A DNA stretch of 63,521 bases, the filler included, from Octopus bimaculoides (lineage: Eukaryota): assembly GCF_001194135.2 (NCBI RefSeq). It is 8 parts of 8 records of this genome, joined end to end, with 100 filler letters (N's around TTAATTAATTAA, not from the genome) between each part and the next. Parts side by side here need not be neighbours in the genome. Positions count along the whole stretch, not along the records: positions 44,033 to 52,800 come from NC_068994.1; positions 52,901 to 53,949 come from NW_026357539.1; positions 54,050 to 60,853 come from NC_068987.1; positions 60,954 to 62,173 come from NW_026435261.1; positions 62,274 to 63,521 come from NW_026396316.1; 3 more parts are not named here. The stretch is one strand, 5' to 3'. The position numbers and the translations under genes are program-made. Below the pieces are notes generated by a model. It did not search any database and was not told where the DNA came from. It saw only the letters and a program-made list of their open reading frames with translations. This document shows positions 52,242 through 63,521 of the stretch, piece after piece (position 1 is the stretch's first letter; each line of letters starts with the position of its first letter).

Positions 52242-53646
52242 TGATAATAATGATGATAATAATAATAATAATAAGGATTTCTTTTATTTGCCACCAGGAC
52301 GAAGGACGAGGGGGGGGAACAATTCAAAGACAGACAGAAAGTGTGGGGGTTTTACATAGAATAGCACGAAGTAAAAGAAGAGGAAGGAGAGGAAGAAGAA
52401 GAACAACAACAAAAACGGAAGAAATCAAACCCGACTGTATGTAAAAACAACAACTGCAGCAGCAACAACAAAAAGGGACAGATAGGATAAGGTAATCCAA
52501 GATAAGACCACATCTGAATTAAGGGCAAAAGATATATAAAACGACAAGTATTGTAACGGTTGTCATTATTTTGAAGATAAGTCTGCTTGATTAGGGGTAA
52601 CCTGCAGCTAAGCAACAACTACAATAACAACAACACCAACACCAATACCAGCACCAGCACCAGTGCCACCAATTTCGAGAGACAACGACGACGATGAGGA
52701 CCAAAACCACCACCACGGAGACGGCGGTAACCACCACCGCTGCCGCCATACCATTAACCAGCACCGCTACCACTACCACCACCACCACCACCACCACCAC
52801 NNNNNNNNNNNNNNNNNNNNNNNNNNNNNNNNNNNNNNNNNNNNTTAATTAATTAANNNNNNNNNNNNNNNNNNNNNNNNNNNNNNNNNNNNNNNNNNNN
52901 TAATAATAATAGATTCTCTCTGGTCGAACACAACTTCTCTATTCACAAATTATACAGAACAGAGTAAGTCGGCCCTTCCTTATTTTTTCTTAAGGTCAAG
53001 GTCACTGTTGCTGTTGCTCGCTGTTAGTAGTACTAAACATTTGAACTCTTTTTGACCGACCCCGTCCCATCTCACTAAAAAAAAAATACATGAGCCGCAC
53101 TTACTACTACTACTACTGCTACTACTACTACTACTACTGCTACTGCTATTACTGCTACTACTACTGTTGCTACTGCTGCTACTACTACTGCTACTGCTGC
53201 TGCTACCACTGCTGCTGCTGTCACTACTACTAATATTACTACCACTGCTGCTGGTGCTGTTACTACTGCTGCTACCACCGCTGCTGCTGCTACTACTGCT
53301 ACCACTACTACTGCTACTGGTACTGCTGATTTGCTGTTACCACTACTACTACTATTACCACTGCTGCTGCTCATAGTGATGTTGCTGCTGCTACTACAAC
53401 TACTGGTGGTAGTGGTGGTGGTGCTGCTGCTAATGATGATAAACGCGGCCCCTGTATGAAGATTAGTGGTTAAAAAAATATATAAAAAAAGATAAATTTG
53501 TAAAATAAAATTTTTAAAAAATGAAAATTTAATTATAATTTAACTTAAAAAAAAAAATTCAAACTGTACACCAAATCGCTTGTCCAATGGTTATAATGGA
53601 AGCGCGCCTGTCAGGAATCTGTCAGCCTGACGACGAAAAATTTTGA

Positions 53647-53949
53647 AATGTCAGAATATCTTCCCCGAATACGAACCTGGAAGGTCACTTAGACGGGATT
53701 TGTCCCAAATTAAGCCCCCAAAGTTCACCACCACAACAACCACAAAATCAAAAATGTAAAAGAACTAAATGGAACCGGGAAGAATATAAAGAAGTAATAT
53801 ACGCTTATTACTTTGCATTATGTAGGCCAACCCAAGAGAAACACTCCGCAAACCCCTACAGAATTTGGAGGAGCCGGAATCCAGCTAGCAGACCAAACTT
53901 GGATGAAAACAGATTAGCAAATATTAGAAGAGATATCCTCAGAAATACC
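53647..53949 (+). pseudogene. R4/Dong ORF N-terminal region, cut by a linker
   Basis: KWNREEYKEVIYAYYFA...YRIWRSRNP...LDENRLANIRRDILRN resembles the W..EE..VM.CY...IW......EQRLA...R.I.KN N-terminus; no ATG in this open stretch. Confidence 0.65.
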
Positions 53950-54049
53950 NNNNNNNNNNNNNNNNNNNNNNNNNNNNNNNNNNNNNNNNNNNNTTAATTA
54001 ATTAANNNNNNNNNNNNNNNNNNNNNNNNNNNNNNNNNNNNNNNNNNNN

Positions 54050-54481
54050 CTTAGCGGTTCGGCAAAAGAGACCGATAGAATAAATACTAGGCTTACAAAG
54101 AATAAGTTCTGGGGTCGATTTGCTCGACTAAAGGCGGTGCTCCAGTATAGCCACAGTCAAATGACTGAAACAAGTGTAAAATAGTAAAAGAGAGAGAGAG
54201 AAAGAGTTTTAATGTTATTGAGAGAATCAGCCTACTTTTCGCCACCAAGCATATTAATAATGTTGGTGGCGTTTGATGCCAAGTTAATCTTGATTTAGAA
54301 AGTCTATTATCAAGTGCATTTCAGCTATGACCATCCACTCTTTTTTGTGGTACGTAAGATTGCTTTATCTAATGCGTGTGTTTCCATTTTCTTAAGACTG
54401 TAGAATGCGGAAGAGAAAAGCTATTCGTCAAAGCATGTCGAATGACTCAAGAGAAAATGTATATATTGTGTTCGTAATATA
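54050..54481 (+). repeat. Left arm of ~430-bp inverted duplication (SINE C tail + flank)
   Basis: reverse complement of 55664-56091, about 20 differences by eye. Confidence 0.93.
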
Positions 54482-55663
54482 TAATATTAACATATTGGGG
54501 TTGTTTCAGTACATAAATTTCTTCGCTTTGAGTAACTCGCTAAAGGCTTTGGCAAAAGCATGAACTCCATAATTATTGTTCCATATTGGGTTATATGTAA
54601 TATGGGGCTATGTCCCTAGTTAAAAAGAAAAAGAAAAAAAGATGAATAATGTTTTATGTAATTTTTGCGTTCTACAGCAATGCAACTCATTTACCGATAT
54701 CACAATCTTCAGTAATCAACAAATATCTTGAAGTTCTGCCTCTTTGTTGATAATTCTAATATTCGCTTACAGCAGGCCTTTAATATGGTTATGATGTGTA
54801 ATGTGTTTGTCTGCCAATAGTGCCAACAGTAATAGTGTCGGCTGAGGTTGCATCTAGAGAGATTTTTGGCAATATCTAATGAAAAACACTAACAAAGGAA
54901 TATTTTTAATCGACAAGATTTAGGAAATAGTAAGCCAGTGCTTTTCAAACCCAATTGATAGAGTTCGTGAACAGAACTGGTGAAAACAAAAACATTAAAC
55001 AAAGCAAAAATCAAAAATCAAAAGCGAAACAAAAAACAAAAAGCAAAAAAGGCAATGATATGAAATGAAATAAGCCATAGGCCTGTTCATATTTGAAAAA
55101 AATAGTTTCTTTTATCACATCCAATTTACTGTATAAAAAAGCCTGTGGCAAAACTATGAAAAAACTCCTGGAAGTTCACTTGGAATTTAAATGCTAAAAT
55201 GTCAAATGTCACAAACTCCTGTTTTAGAATGTTTGTTAGAAATGCTGGTTGATTGTTTGGCTTTGAAATATCATGTCTTATTGAATATAATAATTTTTAA
55301 AGTAACTCTTTAAAGCAGTCGAAAGCCTAGAAATCTCTTTCTAAATGAATACTGAAAAATTATTTTACATTCGGATTGATAAAAGTAAGTGGTGAATGTG
55401 GTAATAATAATAAGGTGGTTGCAGAGATAGACTTAAAACATTCATGATAAGCTTAAGGCTGGAAGCTTGATCACGGATTAGGATTATTGCTATAGAAATG
55501 ATTAATTAATCATGTAGATCAAGATGTGTGGTTAAATTTACGATGGGGATTAAATATGGTTATTTCAACAGATATGCTTTAGTATTTCTATGAATATGTA
55601 TTATGTGTTAGTAAATGATACTATCGATCAAGTTTTCTATATGGTCTATTATGCTTTTAATAC

Positions 55664-56091
55664 TATATTACGAGGACAAGATATACATTTTCTCTTGAGT
55701 CATTCGACATGCTTTGACGAATAGCTTTTCTCTTCCGCATTCTACAGTCTTAAGAAAATGGAAACACACGCATTAGATAAAGCGGTCTTACGTACCACAA
55801 AAAAGAGTGGATGGTCATAGCTGAAATGCACTTGATAAAACGCTTTCTAATCCAAGGCTAACCTGGCATCAAACGCCACCAACATTATTAATATGCTTGG
55901 TGGCGAAAAGTAGGCTGATTCTCTCAATAACATTAAAACTCTCTCTCTCTCTCTTTTACTATTTTACTTGTTTCAGTCATCTGACTGCGGCCATGCTGGA
56001 GCACCGCCTTTAGTCGAGCAAATCGACCCCAGGACTTATTCTTTGTAAGCCTAGTATTTATTCTATCGGTCTCTTATGCCGAACCGCTAAG
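55664..56091 (-). repeat. Right arm of inverted duplication; its SINE C part continues to ~56190
   Basis: see left arm. Confidence 0.93.
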
Positions 56092-56159
56092 TTACGGATA
56101 TGTAAACACACCAGCATCAGTTGTCAAGAGATGTTGGGGAGGACAAACACAGACACACA

Positions 56160-56200
<41 letters not shown>

Positions 56201-56530
56201 CTTCCTTAACTCATGCATAATTAACTTTCGATATTGCAGAAATAAATATATTTTCCTGAACTCAACGATTAATATATTCTTTTCTATCACAAACAATGTC
56301 TATGACTGCAGTAATAAGACACACTCAGTTCATATTGATGATTCTCATTTTATAGAAAAATTGTCTCTACCAACGCATGCAAACACGAACCTATTTTCCC
56401 AACGATACTAAATGCATTTTATCCTTAAGTATGACACTTTATTGTTCATGCCAATAACTCTGATCTTCTCTTGCAAAATATTGTTGTAATTTATAATAAC
56501 CTCTCTGTAAGCGTGGCAACGGCAGGGTAG

Positions 56531-57583
56531 TTAACGCTTTTAAAACGGTTGACGTAAATTTACGCACGCAATGTACATGCTTTAAATTGTCCGACGTAAT
56601 TATACACCACCTGACCTAGAACCGGCCCATCTGCCAACTGATAGGCCGATTAAATGTTTCATGTAAATATTTACAATCCGATAAGCTGGTACTGCCACTC
56701 TAGCTCTTCGACGTCGTGTCCTACCTCTCGGGCTCCATGAACTTCGTCGTCGCGTCCTGTTTCGTCAAATTTTCGGTCGTCGCCTCAAGCCACACCAAAC
56801 TCCATCACCTTACCAGTTGTTTCTTCCGTGTCGGAAGATAATTCGAAGTGAAAGTATTTTCTTAGTTCAGAATCAGGTAATTCCGATAGCAATAATGATA
56901 TGCCGGTGAATCAAAAGTTCTGGGCGGGCACAGTGAATGGCCCTGGACAACTGAATGCCGTGTGGCGTGCGAGAGACAATTTCGTCCGAGGGCATGGATT
57001 TACTGGTACGCTTGGTATAAAGACAAACCTTGAACATGGATGTTCACCATTGGAAATCTTCCACGAATTTTTGACGGATGAAATGGTCCAATATATAGCT
57101 GACGAAACGAATGACTATGCTGAAAACCATCCACAGTATTTCAGACCCGGGCATGGCGGTGATTGGTTTCCAACCACGGGGGACAAAATCAAAGTTCTGT
57201 TTGCCCTGCTGATACTGATGGGCATCGTGAATAAACCGACCCTGGAGTCATATTGGAATCGTATTCTCTCCGGAAACGATGCCGCATGATCGATTTTTGT
57301 CGTGAACCAGGATGACAGGACGAACAGGCTGCACCAGGATGAGAGGCTATACAAAATACGTCCCATCATTGACGAAGGGGCTGAAAATTTCAGAACGGTG
57401 TAATTTCCCACACAGGATATTTGTACGGATGAGTTTGTGGAAGTTCAAGGAAAGCTCCGATTCAAACAATACAACCCAACCAAACGTGCCCACTTTGGAG
57501 CCAAGGTTTATAAAGTATACCAGTCAACTGGTAGAGCCTATGGGTATACGTGGAATTACAAAATCTACACTGGTCAAGACAGA
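56531..57583 (+). mobile_element. piggyBac transposon 5' part with disrupted transposase (56900-57583)
   Basis: PLEIFHEFLTDEM..IADETNDYA, LILMGIVNKPTLESYW, LYKIRPII, CTDE.LWKFKG.LRFKQYNPTKRAHFG; putative left end TTAA-cgctttt...gacgtaaatttacg at 56531. Confidence 0.85.
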
Positions 57584-57923
57584 TTGGAGGTATTGTTTTC
57601 AGATGTGTTTGTTTGCTTGTTTGTCCGTGGACAAGATATCTCAAGAACCGCTGAATGAATTCAGATGAAACTTTCAGGGATGGTTGGCCCGCATGACTGG
57701 CATGAAGTGATTAGATTTTGGGATCGATCCAGTACCGGACAAGGACTCGGGATTATTTTTCCGGAGTTTTACTTAAGTTTTGAGAGCGGTCGGGTTCATT
57801 TCTATTATTTCTATAGTCGAATTTACTTCAGATATTCTCATTTTAAAAATCATCTTTGGCTAATCGTTGAGAGGAATTTGGTGTTGCTTTGGCGGAGGTT
57901 TGCGCTCTCTGAGTGCTCTTGTT
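57584..57923 (+). mobile_element. Helentron-associated non-autonomous element (HINE-like)
   Basis: 5' (GTTT)n block, 3' ttggcggagg plus stem-loop gcgctc-tct-gagtgc, ends in TT; second copy at 44122-44425. Confidence 0.72.
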
Positions 57924-58150
57924 GCATATGCTTTTAGTATTTCAAGACGGTAGTTTGTGTAATTGAAATAGATTTGACTGCTACTTGTAAAATATTTAAT
58001 ATAGAGTCTCTCTCATTGATAGTTATAGATATAATCGACTCTCATTCAGGCTCTCAAATCTGTGTCAGTGTATAGATATAATTAGAAGCTTCAATCAATG
58101 ACGAATATCAAATGAAAGAAACCGTCATGAACCGTCATGAGAAAGTTCAT

Positions 58151-58268
58151 GCCAGCATCGTAGCCAACATCACGAAACATCAGCTGAGATGAACAGCTCA
58201 TAACTCCATATGAGTAACACCAAACATCTATGTCAGGTTGTTTACAGCGAACTCCCCGCAGGCTAAAG
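58151..58268 (+). pseudogene. RTE-type LINE ORF2 C-terminal fragment
   Basis: SIVANITKHQLR*TAH...QVVYSELPAG resembles SI...I...QLRW.GH...Q.LYSEL..G. Confidence 0.5.
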
Positions 58269-59466
58269 AAGTGTGTGGTGATTCTGTTGTTGCTGTTGTT
58301 GTGTGTGTATGTGTGTGCATGTGTGTGTGTGTGTGTGCGTGTGTGCGTACTTTGGCAGAGATTTAGTTCAGACCAAGAGCTTCAATTCCTATTTGCACAT
58401 TAAACACTTTGTGTATGCTTAAGAAGTATTGGATGAAAAAAAATTATATTCACTTCTACTATACTTTTATTCATATTCATATTTTATTCATAACTTTGTT
58501 TTATATCTAAAGAACAGGTAGATATGATAAAGAAACACTTCAAATTTACGCAATAATAACTTTATTGTATCTAAAGTTGCTACTACGCATGTTTGTTCAT
58601 GGACGTGTACGTCAGTACGTGTGTGCGTCTTTGAGCAGAGTATTCACATATAAACTGTCATAGCTTGAAAGACTGTTCTCTATTTGAGAGATAGAGACAA
58701 ACTGAAAGACAAGAAGGAAGGAAACTCAACACACACGCACGCACATACATGCATTTACACATAGAAAGGGATAAGGGGAGAGATAGTGCAAGGGAAAGCA
58801 TGAAACTGACGTACATATTGTTGATTGTATAGCATTTCATGTACGTGTGCGTGCGAGTTGCGTGCTTCTGTGTGTGTAATATACAAATGAATATCTATTT
58901 CCTGTTATCAAACAGATTAGGGAATTGGAAATGTGTTTTCTTTCAAATCATACGATATTGACCGGGGTTATATCATTTTCTTCCGGGTCTTTAATTGGTT
59001 CAACTAGATACAGTTGACCCTGACACTTCTGTGTCTATAATTATTATCTGTATACCTTTAGGGGTGTTACTTCTATTCAGTGCAATAATTGCGATTATCA
59101 ACTTCAATCAGAGCAATACCGATTATTCTTTGATTCAGCACGTTAAGACAATACAGCCCACCTTGTTTGTTGAATCCAATCTATTGAACGTATATTAGGC
59201 GTGAATATAGTTCTCGTTTAAATTTAAGCTGCTCTTATCTTCATTCCGAGATGACGTTTTATTTTGTTAAATTAATATAACAACGGGCATTTCATACGTT
59301 CCATCTTAGCTAATAATTTATACATTTGCTTAGTCCATCCATCCATCAATCCATTCATCCATCCATTCATTCATCCATCCATCCATCCATCCATCCATCC
59401 ATCCATCCATCCATCCATCCATTTATCCGTCCGTTTGTCCGACAACCTGCCCGCCTGTCTGCCTGT

Positions 59467-59516
<50 letters not shown>

Positions 59517-60176
59517 GACGGACGTGCTGTCACATCGGCTGCAGAGGTAAACGTTTATTTGACCTTTTATTGTCCACATTTTGTTGGAATTTTAAAATAT
59601 TTTTGTTGCGAAGCACCNNNNNNNNNNNNNNNNNNNNNNNNNNNNNNNNNNNNNNNNNNNNNNNNNNNNNNNNNNNNNNNNNNNNNNNNNNNNNNNNNNN
59701 NNNNNNNNNNNNNNNNNNNNNNNNNNNNNNNNNNNNNNNNNNNNNNNNNNNNNNNNNNNNNNNNNNNNNNNNNNNNNNNNNNNNNNNNNNNNNNNNNNNN
59801 NNNNNNNNNNNNNNNNNNNNNNNNNNNNNNNNNNNNNNNNNNNNNNNNNNNNNNNNNNNNNNNNNNNNNNNNNNNNNNNNNNNNNNNNNNNNNNNNNNNN
59901 NNNNNNNNNNNNNNNNNNNNNNNNNNNNNNNNNNNNNNNNNNNNNNNNNNNNNNNNNNNNNNNNNNNNNNNNNNNNNNNNNNNNNNNNNNNNNNNNNNNN
60001 NNNNNNNNNNNNNNNNNNNNNNNNNNNNNNNNNNNNNNNNNNNNNNNNNNNNNNNNNNNNNNNNNNNNNNNNNNNNNNNNNNNNNNNNNNNNNNNNNNNN
60101 NNNNNNNNNNNNNNNNNNNNNNNNNNNNNNNNNNNNNNNNNNNNNNNNNNNNNNNNNNNNNNNNNNNNNNNNNNNA

Positions 60177-60853
60177 CTACCACCACCTTTGAACTAGGCA
60201 GTACATACACCAACATAAACAAAAATGTTCAAAAGAACATGTCCGCCAGCACAACAAAAACAAATTTCGCAAATGCTCTAAAGGAAAAAAGAACAATAGT
60301 GACATTCACACAACAACGAATCAAAGACACAAAATCCCTTCTTACGAAAGAAGGAGATGATGTTACAATAAATATTCCAAAAGATATTATGGAAAAAAAA
60401 TGCATCATTTATAAACTGGTAAACATAAAAACCAGACGTGTAGAAAATTTTAGCACAGATAAGATCGAAGTTTGTCTTAAACGTGTATGGATTCATCAAA
60501 ATCATGTCACGAGGGGACGAAAATTTGGAACGGTACAGGTGAGATTCTTAAATGAAAACTTAGCTAAGCAATTTTCGACACTCTCTCCGCACAGATAACT
60601 TGGTGATGATACCGAGTTATCTAGGAAAGAGAGTGACCAAAGTAATAATAAAAAATGTGCCATCGGAAGTGGACACCCAATGGCTGATATCGGCCGTATG
60701 CCTCGAAATGGAGGAGGCAAATATTTGGGAGATTACGGTCGTAGAGGAAAAGAACTGGGGAGGGAAAAATCTGGAAATCCTTCTCCACATCACGGAGGAG
60801 GCTTCACAGAAAATTCCTCCAAGCATTAGACTGGCAGAGGACCACAAGCTGTA
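60177..60853 (+). pseudogene. L1/Tx1-like non-LTR ORF1 (gag-like), frameshifted, both ends in gaps
   Basis: about 225 non-repetitive codons; GTVQVRF..E..AKQFS..LRTDNLVMIPSYLGKRVTKVIIKNVP; single frameshift in ctctctcc near 60581-60588. Confidence 0.6.
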
Positions 60854-61199
60854 NNNNNNNNNNNNNNNNNNNNNNNNNNNNNNNNNNNNNNNNNNNNTTA
60901 ATTAATTAANNNNNNNNNNNNNNNNNNNNNNNNNNNNNNNNNNNNNNNNNNNNTGAAACAAGTAAAAAGAACGAAAAATGAATTAATATATATAATCCCG
61001 TCAATGTTTAAATGTAAATTGTTGCTGAACGCCATTTTGTCACCCCAATTGCGTCTTCCCTTTGTTTGTGAACAAGAACCCTTTCACTTACACTGTTTTG
61101 GTTGTATTTTCGGACTCGTTTGTTTATTTTACTGTGTTGTTTTTTTAAACGTTTCCTTAAACACTTCCTTTTTATGTCCTCCTTTCTTTCACCTTGTCT

Positions 61200-61235
<36 letters not shown>

Positions 61236-62548
61236 TCATTCTTTCTTTCTTTCTTTCTTTCTTTCTTATCTCTCTTGGACGTTATTAACAACAAAACTCA
61301 ACAGAAATATTTGTGTTTCTTTGTGTATGCATGCATATAAATACATATATGTACACGCGCGCACACACACACATATATGTACATATATATACACATACAT
61401 ATTTATGCATATACCTATATGCATATATATACTATATACTATATATAGTGAGAAAGAGAGAGAGAGAGACAGTGAGAGAAAATGTGAAAAAGTGAGGGAG
61501 AGAAGGAAGGACAGATAATGTATAGTACACACGTATACATACACAGACACACACACACACATATACAATTATGTTTTGGATTGTGATGAATGTCTGTGAG
61601 CATTATCCCCACCCCACTCTCACCTTCCCCATTTCTATGTTTGTTGTTTTCGCAAGTGTATTTAAACGGTTTGTGTTTGCTCTTTTTTTTTGTGTGTGCA
61701 ACTTGTCGCAAAAACCGGCGAAGATTGAAAAACAACGCCATCTTTAATTTTGTTGTCAAAGACCAAAATAAAAAACAAAAACAAAACAAATCTATTATCT
61801 TTATTATCGTATTTATCATCATCAGCATCATCATCATCGTCATCATCATCATCAGCAGCAGCAGCAGCAGCAACAACAACAATAACAGCAGCATTGTCAT
61901 CATCGGCTTCCTTATCATTACCATCAGTATCGTCACGGACACCACCACCACCACTGCTTGCGCCACCACCGCAGCTGCCACACACGCCGCTGCCACCATC
62001 GTCGCTACCACTGCCACCAGCACCATCACCATCATCATCACGTTTACCACCACCGCAACCACTACAACCAAAACCACGATCACCGCCCCTTTTGGCGTTT
62101 AGGACACACGCAATACACACACACACATACACACATGCATGTATGTATGTATCTCTCTCTCTCTCTCTCTCTCNNNNNNNNNNNNNNNNNNNNNNNNNNN
62201 NNNNNNNNNNNNNNNNNTTAATTAATTAANNNNNNNNNNNNNNNNNNNNNNNNNNNNNNNNNNNNNNNNNNNNAAAGATTTATCAATTTATTAATTTATT
62301 AATAAATTAACAATTAATAATTTTTACCAAGCCCTTCGGTATGTAAACACCATTATCGGTGGAGAACTTATTTAAAAGTTCTTATACATTTATAAACATA
62401 ATTAAGGGATCAGCAAACAGTTGCTTCACCACATACGGAAGTTCAGAAATAGCAGCTAAAAAGCTGAGACTCCAACAGATAGCATTACTTGTAACTCACA
62501 AAGGTAAAACAAGAAGAAAAAACAATGAAAACTAACCAGTCGAAGTTA

Positions 62549-62606
62549 ATCATAGACGCGTTTCTGGCTTATGAGCGATAACACTCCATTTCCTCTTCGG
62601 TATGAT
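62549..62606 (-). ncRNA. Hammerhead-like motif (Penelope type)
   Basis: AUCAUA-CCGAAGA-long stem II-A-GAAACGCGUC-UAUGAU: perfect 6-bp stem I, palindromic ACGCGU, GUC site. Confidence 0.6.
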
Positions 62607-63298
62607 ATTCTAGTTGTAAATTCGACGGTGCTAGCAAATTGTGCATGCATGACTGAGTGAACATCATGCATATATATATATATATAAAACAAATAATAAA
62701 TGAGTAATAATGTACATACATACATATATATGTGTACACATATATATGCACGTATATATATATACATATACATATATGTGCATAGCTATGCTTATATGTA
62801 TATAGGCATTTATATAAACATTTATACATAAATGCATACACACATATATATGTATATATGTACGAATGTATACACATCTATTCATACTTACATAAACACG
62901 CGCGCACACACGAACACGTATGCATGCTTTTATTTAGATATATATAGAAAGTATACATACATATTTCTGTAAGGTAATAATTATGTGTGTATGTGTGCGT
63001 GCGTGTGTTGCACACAAACACCCACACACACACAGACACCCACACACACACACACATAAGATCAGTGCATCACAGAACGCGAAAGCAATGCAGATGGAAC
63101 TTTAAGTCTTTAAATGGGAATGGACACGTAATTTAGATAATTTTTCTCGTGGTCTTTAAAGCTTAAAGCCTTTTAAAAGGGGCTTTTTACTCGAAACATC
63201 AAGCTGAATTAGATATTTCTAAAGTGACATTTGAATATGTGTGCTAGTGTTATTTCATGTTCTTATATATTTACCCTTTTATCTACATTGCTATCCCT

Positions 63299-63335
<37 letters not shown>

Positions 63336-63336
<1 letters not shown>

Positions 63337-63485
63337 TCTTTTACTCTTTTACTTATTTCAGTCTTTTGACTGTGTCCATGCTGGAGCACCGCTTTTTAGT
63401 CGAGCAAATCGACCCCAGGACTTATTCTTTAGAAGCCTAGTACTTATTCTATCGATCTCTTTTGCCGAACCGCTAAGTTACGGGG

Positions 63486-63490
<5 letters not shown>
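63336..63490 (-). mobile_element. SINE family C 3' half
   Basis: ccatgctggagcaccgc...gaaccgctaagttacggggac. Confidence 0.9.
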
Positions 63491-63516
<26 letters not shown>

Positions 63517-63521
63517 TATAT

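Noticed and set aside
53626-53655. Hammerhead core ctgacga...gaaa
   Set aside because: No G10.1-C11.1 closing pair and no stem I/III pairing
1-63521. CRISPR array, rRNA or prokaryotic operon
   Set aside because: No regularly spaced repeat-spacer array or rRNA-like sequence; the DNA is eukaryotic repeat-rich

Overview
Gappy, repeat-saturated animal non-coding DNA. The SINE families and the (TA)n/(TCTA)n/(AAT)n/(GAT)n microsatellite load look like an Octopus draft genome (inference). Seven identical 100-bp linkers (44 N + TTAATTAATTAA + 44 N) show that the window is eight stitched pieces, so adjacency across linkers is not established. No host protein-coding gene can be confidently called, and most listed ORFs are microsatellite or N-gap artefacts. 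Supported content: many tRNA-derived SINE copies (at least 4 families, with nested, dimeric and fold-back arrangements), several R4/Dong non-LTR remnants (two 3' ends run into (AAT)n), remnants of a Helitron Rep, a hAT-like transposase, a piggyBac transposase, an L1/Tx1-type ORF1 and an RTE, plus MITEs and Helentron-like non-autonomous elements. The most interesting signals are five unrelated hammerhead-ribozyme-like motifs of Penelope type (one at 10003-10057 minus with an intact catalytic core), a ~430-bp inverted duplication (54050-56091), two SINEs fused at a 22-bp palindrome, and a near-perfect fold-back MITE. All alignments and folds were done by eye, so boundaries are approximate.
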